NCBI GenBank assembly: GCA_036351155.1 | Contig: JAZBOO010000099.1 | Location: 11,636-75,635 of the forward strand | Source: Candidatus Krumholzibacteriia bacterium | GTDB taxonomy: Bacteria; Krumholzibacteriota; Krumholzibacteriia; LZORAL124-64-63 | Direction of reading: 5' to 3' | DNA: 64,000 nt | Shown here: positions 1 through 10,700 of the stretch, piece by piece | Position numbering within the stretch: position 1 is the first letter of the stretch | How the letters are laid out: every line of letters begins with the position of its first letter | Made by a program: the position numbers and the translations under genes | The notes under the pieces: generated by a model | The model's database searches: none | What the model saw: only the letters and a program-made list of their open reading frames with translations | What the model was told of the DNA's origin: nothing

Positions 1-84
1 CAGGGCGGGGATCGCGACCATCGGCAGGAGGAAGTACCCCAGAAGTACCGCAGGAAGAAGGTTCGCCGTCACCCGGGGGCGCAT
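1..84 (-). CDS. 5' end of a secreted protein (signal peptide only; gene runs off the window)
   Basis: ATG at 84 overlaps the TAA of the NHL gene (TAATG). The open frame MRPRVTANLLPAVLLGYFLLPMVAIPAL looks like a Sec signal peptide. Confidence 0.6.
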   Translation of the reverse strand, partial: MRPRVTANLLPAVLLGYFLLPMVAIPAL

Positions 85-1121
85 TATTCGTAGATGATGC
101 GGTAGACGAGAATAGCTGTGCGAGCCTGGTCGATCACAGCCAGCAGGTCATCGGGACCAACGGCCACGTCCACCGGAGAGACGGGCGTCCCGCGCAGTGA
201 GAAATCCCGACCGGCCGAAAAAACGGGCCGGAAACGGGCATCCAGCACGTGGATCAGGGAGTTTCCAGGGTCTGCCACGAACACGTTGCCAAATCGATCG
301 CAGTCCAGCCCCGAGGGGGAAGCCATGACGTTGTCGGCCGCGTAGAAACCGCCCACGGTCCTTTCGAAAAAGCCCAGGCGGCCGTACCAGCTGAGGCGGC
401 TGTTGGCGGTATCACTGGCCAGGATGCTACCATCGGGCAGGAAGGTCACGCCGGCCAGGGCCCCGAACTGGTCATCCAGCGACCCCGGTTCCCCCAGACG
501 CATGTTCAAGGTCAGGAAAGCGTCAAGGAGCAGGACCTGTTGCTGAGCCTCGTCGGCAATGATCAGTCGGCCGTCTCGATCCACATCGAAAGCCAGTCCC
601 CGGGTGGTGACCGCCGGATCCACTCGCGCCACATCCAGCAACTGGTCCTGCCAGCGGCCCGAAAGGTCGAAGCGGAACAGGTTGTCCCCGCCCCGATCCA
701 GGACCAGAATCTTGAAGCCGTCCACCTGCACATCCACGGGTCGATAGGGACGTGAGAGAGGAGCGTCGAACTCGTACCAGCGGGCCGCCCCCACTTCCAG
801 CCCATAGACCTTGCCCCGGGATTCATCGCAGAAAATGAGAGTGCCGTCGGCGGCGAAAGTGACCCCGCTGGGGCGCTCCAGGGGATAGTAACTGGCGTCG
901 GCGGTGTTCTCATGGGACATCACGAACTCGAGGGCGGCCACCCGGGTTCCGATGCGCCCCTGAGCGCTGGACGACCCCGAGGGGCTGGAGGGTACGGGCC
1001 GGTCGGTGGCCGGACCGGGCCCGGAATTCCCCGCACACCCGACCAGGCTGACCAGTGAAACCGTCAGCAGCACCGCGCGAAGGCACGTCAGAGACTTTCT
1101 CATGCTCGGGGGAGCCATCAT
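84..1121 (-). CDS. NHL-repeat beta-propeller lipoprotein
   Basis: Lipobox SLVGC followed by a Ser/Pro linker. Repeats PSGVTF, PVDVQVD, PSGLDCD, PVDVAVG are typical of NHL/6-bladed propellers. Start could be 1103. Confidence 0.8.
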   Translation of the reverse strand: MMAPPSMRKSLTCLRAVLLTVSLVSLVGCAGNSGPGPATDRPVPSSPSGSSSAQGRIGTRVAALEFVMSHENTADASYYPLERPSGVTFAADGTLIFCDESRGKVYGLEVGAARWYEFDAPLSRPYRPVDVQVDGFKILVLDRGGDNLFRFDLSGRWQDQLLDVARVDPAVTTRGLAFDVDRDGRLIIADEAQQQVLLLDAFLTLNMRLGEPGSLDDQFGALAGVTFLPDGSILASDTANSRLSWYGRLGFFERTVGGFYAADNVMASPSGLDCDRFGNVFVADPGNSLIHVLDARFRPVFSAGRDFSLRGTPVSPVDVAVGPDDLLAVIDQARTAILVYRIIYE

Positions 1122-1125
1122 GGAT

Positions 1126-2004
1126 CTAGAACCGCCGGGAAACGACGCACTGAGCGCCCGGATCGCGCCATGAGGGCAGCATTTCCAGTCCCAGATTCAT
1201 GCCCAGGACCTCGGTTTCCAGCTTCCCATCGGCGGCGCCGGCGCCCAGCACCGCATCGACCACGGACACTGCCCGGTTCACCACCGCGAACAGGATCATG
1301 AAATCCCGGCGGTCATAGGCGCTGTTGGCATCAGCCCGCAGGGAGGCAAAGCCGGTGCGGCGATCCTCGTTGACCCACTGCCAGGCGTCGGATCCGGACA
1401 CCAGGCCCCCGGGCTCTTCTTGCAGGGCCCGCGCTTCACGCAGAACCGACTCGTTGTAGGCGTCACTGTCCATGTAGCGCCCCACGCTTTGCCAGTAGCT
1501 GTCGGGATGTTCTCCGCGGGTTCCGGCGTAGATCTCGGCATACTCGATCGAGGAGTCCAGCCGGTTATCTCCCTGATGATCGAAGATGAAATAGGTGGTC
1601 CAGATGGCCACCTCGATGCCGCCCATCAAGAACGCCTTCTTCTGCTGACCGTTGTAAAACTGGCCCGCTCCGGGGAAAACAGCAGACAGTGCTCCGGCCG
1701 TGGCCTTGGTCTTGAAGTTGGAAGGCCCGGAAGAGTCCTTCTTTTCCTTGCCGGAAGCGGCACCGATTTCATTGTCGCGCTCGATGCCCTGCCCCCCGAT
1801 CTGAGCGTAGAACAGATAGGGCGTGCTGGCCTGAGCCCGCCAGTTATGGGTGGCCTGGGACCCCATCAGGGCGTACTCGACCTGAAGGAACGAGCTCACA
1901 GGTGCACCGTCTCCGGCCTGGGCCACCTTGGTCCCCGTGGCCAGGAGCAGACCACACGCCAGGAATGCTGTCGCGGACCGCATCTTGTTTCGCAATAAAC
2001 TCAT
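1126..2004 (-). CDS. DUF5683-like exported/membrane protein (paralog 2)
   Basis: Signal peptide, ALSAVFPGAGQFYN motif plus a hydrophobic helix, C-terminal Phe. ATG at 2004 has a GGAG SD (the ORF track starts at GTG 2022). Confidence 0.6.
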   Translation of the reverse strand: MSLLRNKMRSATAFLACGLLLATGTKVAQAGDGAPVSSFLQVEYALMGSQATHNWRAQASTPYLFYAQIGGQGIERDNEIGAASGKEKKDSSGPSNFKTKATAGALSAVFPGAGQFYNGQQKKAFLMGGIEVAIWTTYFIFDHQGDNRLDSSIEYAEIYAGTRGEHPDSYWQSVGRYMDSDAYNESVLREARALQEEPGGLVSGSDAWQWVNEDRRTGFASLRADANSAYDRRDFMILFAVVNRAVSVVDAVLGAGAADGKLETEVLGMNLGLEMLPSWRDPGAQCVVSRRF

Positions 2005-2057
2005 GTTCAAACTCCGCCTCACGGTTTGTTGGCGCCAATCAGGTCGATGATTTCCAG

Positions 2058-3023
2058 TTAGAACGAAACCCTGGCACCCACGGTGCCGCGGTAAAGGCCC
2101 TGGGGTTCGGTGATGATTTCCACGGTGTGCCCCGCCACCTTCATCCCGCTGTCCCCACCCCCGAGAAGGCCGTTGAGATAGGCGACCTGCAACACGCTGG
2201 CCACCCGCAGACCCATGTTCACGTAAAGGAAGCGATCGCGCTTCTTGTAGGCGTCGTTGGCCTGATCCCGGATGTCACGATACACTTCGCGATGCTCCGA
2301 AACCCAGGGCTGGCGCAGGTCGCTGATGGTTTCCGTGGGCTCGTAGTCGTAGGTCGGGCCCCAGAAGGTGGGGCGCAGATAATCGTCCCAGCCGAAGATG
2401 AACTGGTCCCACTTGCCCAGATTCTCGTAGTACTCGCGGCGATCCTCTTCCACCGTCACGTACAGCGGGAGAAATCCCAGGTCCTCCACGCCCGTGATGT
2501 TCTCGGTCACACCCGGGAAGTACAGGGCACCTTCGCCGCTGCGCTCGGGGTCGGCACTGCTCCCGTTGTAGGCCTCGACCAGTCGTTCATCGCTGTAGTG
2601 CAGGTCGGCATAGGCGTAGTACTCGTCGGTGTAGTCCTTGCCATCACCATGGTACTTGGCCACCTGGGTCCAGCTGAAGATGTCCAGGGCCATCATGACG
2701 TACCCGCGCTTGTATCCCAGCAAGGCCTCACCCGCACCGGGCAAGACGGCCGAAGCCAGGATGGTGAGCCCGGGCTTGATCCCCTGCCTCCCGGTCCCGA
2801 AGGATTCTCTTTCGAACCGGGAGCCGGCCGCCCCGCCGCCAATTTCATCCTGAGCGGCCAGTTCTCCGGTCAGCGCCAGGGTCTCCAAGCCGCCACGCTG
2901 CAGCAGCCAGGCCGCACGGTCCTGACCGGTCTGGGCCTGCGCCGTGGTCCCCATCACCAGCAGCACGCACAGGGTCATCAAAACCAGGGACTTCATTCGT
3001 CCATCAGTATCAAACCGGGTCAT
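2058..3023 (-). CDS. DUF5683-like exported/membrane protein (paralog 1)
   Basis: Signal peptide, ASAVLPGAGEALLG motif, C-terminal ARVSF. Strong AGGAGA SD before ATG 3023; alternative start 3053 overlaps the upstream stop. Confidence 0.6.
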   Translation of the reverse strand: MTRFDTDGRMKSLVLMTLCVLLVMGTTAQAQTGQDRAAWLLQRGGLETLALTGELAAQDEIGGGAAGSRFERESFGTGRQGIKPGLTILASAVLPGAGEALLGYKRGYVMMALDIFSWTQVAKYHGDGKDYTDEYYAYADLHYSDERLVEAYNGSSADPERSGEGALYFPGVTENITGVEDLGFLPLYVTVEEDRREYYENLGKWDQFIFGWDDYLRPTFWGPTYDYEPTETISDLRQPWVSEHREVYRDIRDQANDAYKKRDRFLYVNMGLRVASVLQVAYLNGLLGGGDSGMKVAGHTVEIITEPQGLYRGTVGARVSF

Positions 3024-3049
3024 GTTGTTCTCTCCTTGCCTGGGCGGGG

Positions 3050-6000
3050 TCATCGTTCCACCGCCAGGGTCATGGTACGAATTTCATTGCCACTGGTACC
3101 GGGATAAACCAGCCGGCCCAGATAAACACCACTGCTGGCCATGGAGCAGTCGAAGCGGTGTTCCACCACCTGCCCACCGTCCACGCTGAATGTCTCGCTG
3201 GAAACCTGTTCGCCTTCCAGATTGTAGAGCTCGAATCGGGCCTGGCCACTGCCGCCGCTGAAGAAACGCACGGTCACTTCACCTTCGCTGGCGGGATTGG
3301 GATACAGGTAGGCCTGGTCCCTTTCCCGGGCAGCCGGGGCCACCGACCCCAGGTCCTGGGGCGTGCCCTCACTGCCGGCACGCAGAGCACCACCGGCGGG
3401 GCCATACCAGCCGCTGGTCACGGGATCGCCCGCTCCGGCAGCCAGGAGTTCGTAGGCCACCAGACGTCCGTTGGTGAACTGTCGGTCCATGGGCTCTCCG
3501 GTGTACCCACCCTGGGACATCAGGTACAGATGGCGCTTGCCGGTTGCGGCCGAAGGTTGTCCCACGGCAAAGCCGGCACCGGCGGTATCCCCCCAGAGGA
3601 AGGGCGTGTTGTCGATCAAGCGGCCGGTGGCATTCAGGCCCACCAGGTGGCCGCCGTCAGTGTTGAAGAAGAGCTCGTTCACGCCATCGCCCGTCGCGTC
3701 CACGATCACCGAGGGCCCGGTGACCCGGGTTTCAGGATCGAGCGGGAACAGGTCGAAGAAACGAACAGGGAAGCCGCGCAAGGGCACACCGCTGGCCTGG
3801 AACCCGTAAATGTGTGAGGCCGTCAACAGGATCAGATCGTCCCGGCCGTCGCCATCCAGATCGGCCACCGCCGGCTCGGATACCAGGGGGTCGTGGACCG
3901 GCAGGAGATCCTCGTTGGTCACTTCGCCATCGGAGGCCAGATTCCACCCGCCGAGACACCCGTTGTCGTCAAACAGCCAGAGCAGATCCCGGTCTTCCAG
4001 CTGAACCACCGCGCTGTGCAGAGCCCCTGCCGGGCTGCCCGGAAATTCCGTCCAGCTGGAAAAATCGACAGTCCCCTCGCTGACCTGAACCTGGACAAAA
4101 CCTTCCTCGAGGAAACCCAGGAGAGTTTCGTTGCCTGGCCGGGCCAGCAATCGAGGAGCACTCAGCCAGGACTGGGCGGTTTGTCCGGCTTCGCTGGAAA
4201 TGCTCAATCCCGTTTCGACAACTGATCCGTCACCATCCAGCAACAGCAGAGAATCGGGCGCGGCAAAAGCCGCAATCCGCAGTCCGTTCGCAGTGTCCAC
4301 GGCCAGCGGGCCACTGATCAGGCTGTCCACCAGATCGTGAGCCCAGCCACCGGGCACCTCCGCGGGATTGAAGGTACTCAAGCCAATGGTTCCACGCACG
4401 GTGGCATAGGCCACCGCAGCCTCGCTGGACGGGTGTCCCGGAACCGAAACCGGTGCACCGGCCAGGGGGGAATCCAGGGCCAGGAAGGATCCGGCCGGTC
4501 GGCCGGCGGGCGGAACAAAGCGCGCATTCCCGTCGGCATTCAGAGCAAACAGGGACCCGGGAAAATCGCCCCCGGTCCAGCCGTCGGGCGCCTGGTCGGC
4601 GAACACGACAAATTCACGGTTGGCCACCGAGAGCGGAGTGCCGGAAGTCACAGCCATGGCTCTTGGGCCCTGCGAACCACCAGCTCCCGCGGCCAGGGTC
4701 GAATCAACCGGGGCCATTTCCCAGGGAAAGCCCGGGGCCAGGGGGCTGATTTCTCCCGTGAAGACCACCACGCTGGAGGAGCGCACACTATTGGCGCGGA
4801 TATCACTCAGCGAAAGGCCCGACCAGGACCGATCAAACATGCGGCTGGAAGGGAAGGCATCGGTGTATATGTTCTGGAAGCCATTGTCCTCGCCAAAGGG
4901 ATCACGATAGCTTCCGTACCACCCCAGCACATAGGAATCGAGCACCCCCACATCCTGGATACCATCGGCCTCCAGAATGCGCAGGCCGTCGCCCCAGGCG
5001 TTGATGGTGTTGGTCTCGAGGTTCTCGGCAATGCGGTCGTTGTTCACATGCCAGGCGAGCAGTCCGCCGGCGGGCAGGAAAAAATCGTACATTCCGGAAT
5101 TGGTCCAGTTGCCAAAACGTTCCCCGGCCAGATACAGAACCACGCCTGTTTCTTCGTCACGCTCGAATGCAAAACCGCCGTAAGGCGTGTAGGTGAAGTT
5201 CTCGTCAGGGAAAGGCACATAGCGGTTTTCCAGCAGGAAAAACTCCCGTGGGGAAACTCCGGCCTTGATGACCTGGGGATAGTTCAGGTCGAAATCGCCA
5301 CTGCCGGCATCCCAGAGGGAATACTGATCGCGCGGCACCTGAACGGCGGGCAAACGGTATTCCTTGCTCCTGCCCTCGATTTCCTCGGCTTCAACCCAGC
5401 CCAGGAACCACTTGTTCCACACACCCAGCGAGGGGGGCAGAACGCCCACCGCGGTGATGAGGCTGATGGTGCCGTCATCCTCTTCCTGACCCAGGGTCAC
5501 GGGCAGATTGGTGCCGGAATCCATGAGATCCCAGATGCCCACCTGGGGCAAGCCGGACGCCGTGTTGTAGATATCCACCAGACCCAGAGCATGGCCGAAC
5601 TCGTGGTAGAAAGCGGCGGCTATGCTGCCGGGATACCCGTCCTGGTTGGTGGTCTCCGGAATGATGGAACACTCGCTGAGAGATCCGCCGGAACTGGGCA
5701 GATCCTGGGGCTCACCCAGTGTCACAAAGAAGGTGGGGATGTCATTGGGTGAATCGCCGTTGATGTCGCTCTGCCAGTCGCTGCCGGCATGCACGAAGAT
5801 GATGTAGGTGAAAGGGTCATTGTCGTCGTAGAGAGACAGATCCGCCGATCCGTCGGCCGCTGTTTCTTCGTCGGCCTTGACCATCATGTCCCTCACCAGG
5901 CGCTCCAGGCTTTCGATGGACCAGAAGCCCTCGCTGCCCGGGCCGTAATCGGCCACATCGGTCAGCTTGTAACTATCGTTTTCACCTTCGGGCAGCACCC

Positions 6001-6613
6001 GACCGGCGATGTGCAACCGCCCCCCGGACTGGTAGTTGTAGTACTCGCTCAAACCTGTCAGATGTGATTCGTAGAAGGCCTTGTTGTGCGGCGGTGGATC
6101 GATCTGAATCCCACCTGTGTCAGGCGGCGGGGTCAAAACGAAATCACCCCCGGGGTCGATGGTCGTCAGCTGGGAATCGCGGTTGGCCTCGAAACCGATG
6201 CGGACCAGAAGGACCCGCAGGGTATCGACCCCGGCAAAGGCCTTGTTCGCGGCACCGACTCCGGTGAGACGGGATTTGCCGTAACCACGCTCGGCCAGCA
6301 GAGCCTGTCCCTTGCGGGAAACGTGCTGCGGGCCCACCAGCTGGTGGATGGCCTGCCAGCGGCGAAAATACTCGCCTTGCCGGTGCTGCTCACGCTCGAT
6401 CCGTTCGGGACCGTCGGGCAGGTTGCGGATGGCTGTCCAGTCGTTGCCCATCACGGGCAAGCGATGGTAGTGCCCATGGCCGTCCTCCGCCCAGGCATCG
6501 GTCGTGGTGATCAATGGAGCTGCCGCCAGGGCAACTCCACCGATGAGCACACACAACTTGAGGGATTGCCGCATCAGACGGCAAACACTTTGAAATAAGG
6601 GCTGCAAAGCCAT
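3050..6613 (-). CDS. M6 (immune inhibitor A)-family metalloprotease with FG-GAP/VCBS-like repeats and a T9SS type A-like C-terminal domain
   Basis: Signal peptide; HEFGHALGLVD zinc motif and WDLMDSG Met-turn; repeats ADLDGDGRDDL and VDATGDGVNEL; C-terminus YPNP...YNLEGE...SGVYL...LAVER. Confidence 0.85.
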   Translation of the reverse strand: MALQPLFQSVCRLMRQSLKLCVLIGGVALAAAPLITTTDAWAEDGHGHYHRLPVMGNDWTAIRNLPDGPERIEREQHRQGEYFRRWQAIHQLVGPQHVSRKGQALLAERGYGKSRLTGVGAANKAFAGVDTLRVLLVRIGFEANRDSQLTTIDPGGDFVLTPPPDTGGIQIDPPPHNKAFYESHLTGLSEYYNYQSGGRLHIAGRVLPEGENDSYKLTDVADYGPGSEGFWSIESLERLVRDMMVKADEETAADGSADLSLYDDNDPFTYIIFVHAGSDWQSDINGDSPNDIPTFFVTLGEPQDLPSSGGSLSECSIIPETTNQDGYPGSIAAAFYHEFGHALGLVDIYNTASGLPQVGIWDLMDSGTNLPVTLGQEEDDGTISLITAVGVLPPSLGVWNKWFLGWVEAEEIEGRSKEYRLPAVQVPRDQYSLWDAGSGDFDLNYPQVIKAGVSPREFFLLENRYVPFPDENFTYTPYGGFAFERDEETGVVLYLAGERFGNWTNSGMYDFFLPAGGLLAWHVNNDRIAENLETNTINAWGDGLRILEADGIQDVGVLDSYVLGWYGSYRDPFGEDNGFQNIYTDAFPSSRMFDRSWSGLSLSDIRANSVRSSSVVVFTGEISPLAPGFPWEMAPVDSTLAAGAGGSQGPRAMAVTSGTPLSVANREFVVFADQAPDGWTGGDFPGSLFALNADGNARFVPPAGRPAGSFLALDSPLAGAPVSVPGHPSSEAAVAYATVRGTIGLSTFNPAEVPGGWAHDLVDSLISGPLAVDTANGLRIAAFAAPDSLLLLDGDGSVVETGLSISSEAGQTAQSWLSAPRLLARPGNETLLGFLEEGFVQVQVSEGTVDFSSWTEFPGSPAGALHSAVVQLEDRDLLWLFDDNGCLGGWNLASDGEVTNEDLLPVHDPLVSEPAVADLDGDGRDDLILLTASHIYGFQASGVPLRGFPVRFFDLFPLDPETRVTGPSVIVDATGDGVNELFFNTDGGHLVGLNATGRLIDNTPFLWGDTAGAGFAVGQPSAATGKRHLYLMSQGGYTGEPMDRQFTNGRLVAYELLAAGAGDPVTSGWYGPAGGALRAGSEGTPQDLGSVAPAARERDQAYLYPNPASEGEVTVRFFSGGSGQARFELYNLEGEQVSSETFSVDGGQVVEHRFDCSMASSGVYLGRLVYPGTSGNEIRTMTLAVER

Positions 6614-6663
6614 TCTCCTTAACTCAGGGGGAGTCAGGCAGCCTGGTTATCACGGCAATTAAG

Positions 6664-6681
6664 CCGGCAGATCACTGCCGG
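6664..6681 (-). terminator. GC hairpin just downstream of the porV-like gene (weak terminator or stabilising stem)
   Basis: ccggcag-atca-ctgccgg perfect 7-bp stem with only a weak U-tract. Confidence 0.35.
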
Positions 6682-6686
6682 GACGA

Positions 6687-7715
6687 CTAGAAACGGTAAC
6701 CCAGCGAAATCCGGCTGACCCGGTCCAGGCCCTTGGCCTGAGGCACCGAGGCAAAATCGATGGTGATGGCCTGTCCGGACCATTCCTGCATATCGACGCC
6801 GAAGCCATAGGTCGTGTCCTGGATGTCACCGTACTTGGCGCTCTTGTAACCGAAGCGCACGAACAGGGAGCGCAGGTAGTTCCACTCGACACCGCCGCCG
6901 TACTCGTTGTACTCGGTGTCCAGGCCAAACCCGTAGTCATTGCCCTTCCACTTGTAGAGGGGCACCTGGTAGTCGGCCACCACCAGCAAGCCCATGAACT
7001 GGCTGTGGTACAGGCTGTGGGCAATGCCCATGGTCAGCTTGCGGGGCATGGGATCGCTCTGATCGGCATCGACATGCTTGATGTCGGGGCCCAGGTTGGA
7101 CACGGCCACACCGATGTTCGACTTGATGGACGGAACCTTCCACAGCATACCCAGATCCACACCGAAGCTGTCGCCGGAGCCACCGCCGTTGGGGTCCTGG
7201 ATGATGTCGTCGGGGCTCAGCTTGTCACGGAAGTACTTGATCCCCATTCCCACACCCAGGGTCTGGCTCAACCGCACTCCGTAAGTGGCGTGAACAGCGA
7301 ACATGTAGCTGTGAAAGACGCCAGTGGGATCACCGTTCTCGTCCGTGCCCTCCTGGTCGCCCATGTCCAGGTAGTTCATGGCAAAGCCCATGGCCCCATG
7401 GTTTCCCACGGGCATGCCGTAGCCACCCCAGTAAAGGCCGATATCATCGGCCAGGCCCTGGGCCAGACTGGACTGCATGATGTGGGCATCGTGCTGCTTT
7501 TCACGGTCGGCCATGAAGGCCAGGCCGCCGGGATTCCACCAGATCGAAGTCACGTCCTGGGACAGGGCCACGCCGGACTCACCCAGGGCGTTATACCGGG
7601 CACCGATGGGGAACGTCAGGTTGATGGCGCCGGCGCCGGAGCCGGCCATGGCGCTGCCGGCCAGGCCCAGAACCAGGGCCAGGCCCAGAGAGATCGCTGT
7701 CAGGTTCCGCTTCAT
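6687..7715 (-). CDS. porV: PorV/PorQ-family outer-membrane beta-barrel (FadL-like; T9SS CTD shuttle)
   Basis: Signal peptide, GARYNALGESGVA...SIWWNPGGLAF motif, SNLGP motif, C-terminal ISLGYRF; directly downstream of the PorU-like gene. Confidence 0.8.
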   Translation of the reverse strand: MKRNLTAISLGLALVLGLAGSAMAGSGAGAINLTFPIGARYNALGESGVALSQDVTSIWWNPGGLAFMADREKQHDAHIMQSSLAQGLADDIGLYWGGYGMPVGNHGAMGFAMNYLDMGDQEGTDENGDPTGVFHSYMFAVHATYGVRLSQTLGVGMGIKYFRDKLSPDDIIQDPNGGGSGDSFGVDLGMLWKVPSIKSNIGVAVSNLGPDIKHVDADQSDPMPRKLTMGIAHSLYHSQFMGLLVVADYQVPLYKWKGNDYGFGLDTEYNEYGGGVEWNYLRSLFVRFGYKSAKYGDIQDTTYGFGVDMQEWSGQAITIDFASVPQAKGLDRVSRISLGYRF

Positions 7716-7778
7716 CTGTCTTTACCTCCGCTACAGTTCATTTCCAGGTCCCGAAGGACCGTCTCTTCTTGGCAAATA

Positions 7779-10700
7779 TCAACGCATGATGACGAGTTTC
7801 CCCGTCTGTCGCAGTTCTCGTCCGTCACCGGAATCCATGGTTCCCCGCAGTACGTACAGGTAGGTTCCATTGGCAATCTCATCGCCCTCCTGGTCTTCAC
7901 CATCCCAGGACAGGATCTGAGGGCCTTCAGCCAGGGATTCGGTGTGGGTCCAGATTCGCTTGCCGCTGAGGGTATAGATGTCCCAGCGGATTTCCATCGC
8001 GTCACTGATATCAAATATCAATCGGCACGGGCCCGGTGTAGGGTTAGGAAAAACCGTGGCATCGCGGATGCCGGGCACGCCGTACTCGGCCACCGTGAAG
8101 CTCAGCGTATCGGATCCCACGTTCCCCAGAGCGTCACTCGCATGAAGGGCCACGGCGTGCTTTCCTTCGGAGATGTCGCCAGGCAAGGGAAAGATCACCC
8201 GCCCGGTGGTGTAACTGTTGGGGTCGTAATTGAACGACTCGGTCACCTCGGTCATGAAACCGGTGTTATCAAACTCCAGCAAGATACTGTTGCCCGGAGT
8301 GGTCCCGAGCATGGCAATGCCACTGGTGTCGGTCAGGGTGGCATTCAAGGAATCGCCCGGACGCACCCGGTACGGGTTGGGCAATGCCAGGGCAATGGAC
8401 GGCCCCAGAACATCGTCCACCGGACCGGTGGCCGAACGGACGGCCGGCACTTGCATCTGGCCGCCATGCTGGCCGTCGGGCCCTTCGATGACCAGCCGGA
8501 CACTGGCCCGGTCACCATAGCGCAGCTGGGCCGGGACCTTGAAGGGCACGGCCAGGTTGTCCCCACTCATGGTGCCGGTTCCCCGGAACACCGGAGCGCC
8601 CAGCTTGACGAAAGTGCGCTCGGAAGGTGTGTAGACGTATCTCGGCGGATCCTGGGTGTAATCCAGGTAGTAAGAATTGACGATGTACACCTTGTCGTAG
8701 GCAGATTCCTGGACCCGCAGGTCATAGGAGTCTCCCGCCCCGAGCATGGCCCCTCCCGCCCCGGTGGTCGCTTCCACCACCTGCAGGGCTCCGGAGCGCA
8801 GGGTGTCCACCGAGGTGCTGGCAAAAGCCAGATCGCTGACCGGGTTGGGCAAACGCAATCCCGGGTCACTGAACAGGGTGTAGCGCTGGCTGTTACGCCG
8901 CGTCCGGAACGAAGCCATCTCGGCCTTGCCGGCCATCAGGGCCTGGGACACCGTCACATCTTCGGCCACCTGCCCCGAGGGGTACAGGCTACTGTAGAAG
9001 GCGTTGCTCAGCAGGTTGTTGTCACTGATGAAGCTGACCTGGCTGGCACAGATGGTCCCGATGGCCCCCCCGTTCTCACTGGCGATGAACAGCTCGGCCA
9101 TGGAGCGGCGCAGAGGATTGTCATAGACCCCCACATCGCAGCTGAAGGCCACGAACAAAGGGCGGCGTAACCCATTGGTCAGGTTGGCGATATCACGAGA
9201 TTGAAAGATCTGCTCGTCGGCCAGATTGTCCTCGGCCCCGTGCCCCACGTAATGGAACAGGGTGGTGCCGGCATTCAGGGCCGCATTGATATCAGCCCGC
9301 ACCTGAGGTTTGACGAGGGACCCGGGCGGGAAATCGTATTCCACACCATAGATCTTCAGGATGTCGAGTTCCTGAGGGATGTAGCTTCCGGCCAACAACT
9401 CGGCTTCCAGCATGTGCGAAATCTCGGTGGTGATCGGATGAGGATAGTGACTGGGACGATTGCAGTCGTCGCTGGTCATCAAGAGGTTGTTGCGCCACAT
9501 ACCCGCCGGCGGATTGTCCCCGTATTCGATCATGAGATCCACCATGCTCCGGGCTTCCGCCACCGTGGTGGCCGGCAAGCGCCCGGTGGCCAGATCCGGA
9601 ATATCCAGACCCACAGTCGGATCCGGGACATCGAAGGAAGAAAGGCCGTCGTCGCTGGCGTAGGGCGCATTGCGCAGATCCGTGGCTCCGTTGATGGGGA
9701 AAGCGGTGCGCAATTCAGCCGGCACGAAATCCCACAGATCCACGAACGGAGCATGCCCCAGATAGTTGCGAAAATCCCGGCTGGCGTTGCCCAGGAAGCA
9801 GGCAAACTGCAACCGACCTTCCGCCTCGTACACATATTTCAGGTAGTTGCGGATGGCCATGGCATCCTTGCGGCCACCGGAGAAGTTGTTGTAGATCTCC
9901 TGTACCGAAACGGCTCGGGCCGAGGGGTTGTCCACCCCGACCAGGGTCTGGTCATGGAAATCAGCCAGATCTTGCGCCGCCTGGACAAATGGCTCGGCAT
10001 AGATCACCAGGTAGTCCAAGGCGGTATCCTGGCTGCGCAGGTCCACCGGACTGACCCGCTGGGCCGAGGTCACTTCCAGAAGCTGGCCCAGATCCTGGGC
10101 CACCAGGTGGAGGTCGATGTCCGGATCTCTGGTCACTCCCAGGGTCAACACCGGAGGCGATTCCCCCGTGGGTTCTCCTTCCAGCTGCCGGGGTGCCTGA
10201 GGATTGGAAACGTCCCAGACCATCGTGGAGGACAGGGCCGAAACGGTGAGATTGATGTCAAAGGCTGTGCCGATGGCCGACACTTCGTCACCCCAGAGAG
10301 TGAAGGCGAAGGGCTCATTCGACCCGCGCATATCGAGATCGGACCAGTACAGCAGATCGAAATAATCCAGGGCCAGAGGCACGCCGCCGCCGCCGGTGTT
10401 GACGAACGTGAAGCTGTTCTGCCCCGTTACCAGCTGGGTGCTGCTACCCAGGAGACGAACCTGGGCACTGTCGTGCTGGGCATTCCGGAAAAAACTGGTG
10501 CTGGCAGAATGTTCGCTGTCACCGTTCAGCCATCCTTCGGCGGCAAACTGGTAGGTGGAGCTGGTATAGCGGCCCGGATGGCCCCGGAAGCCGATAACGA
10601 AACGGGCCTCCTGGCCTTCCACCGGGTGACGCACCTCGAAAGACCCGGTGCTGGAAGTGGTGACTCCGGGATTCCATGCCCAGTTGTCCTCGACAATACC

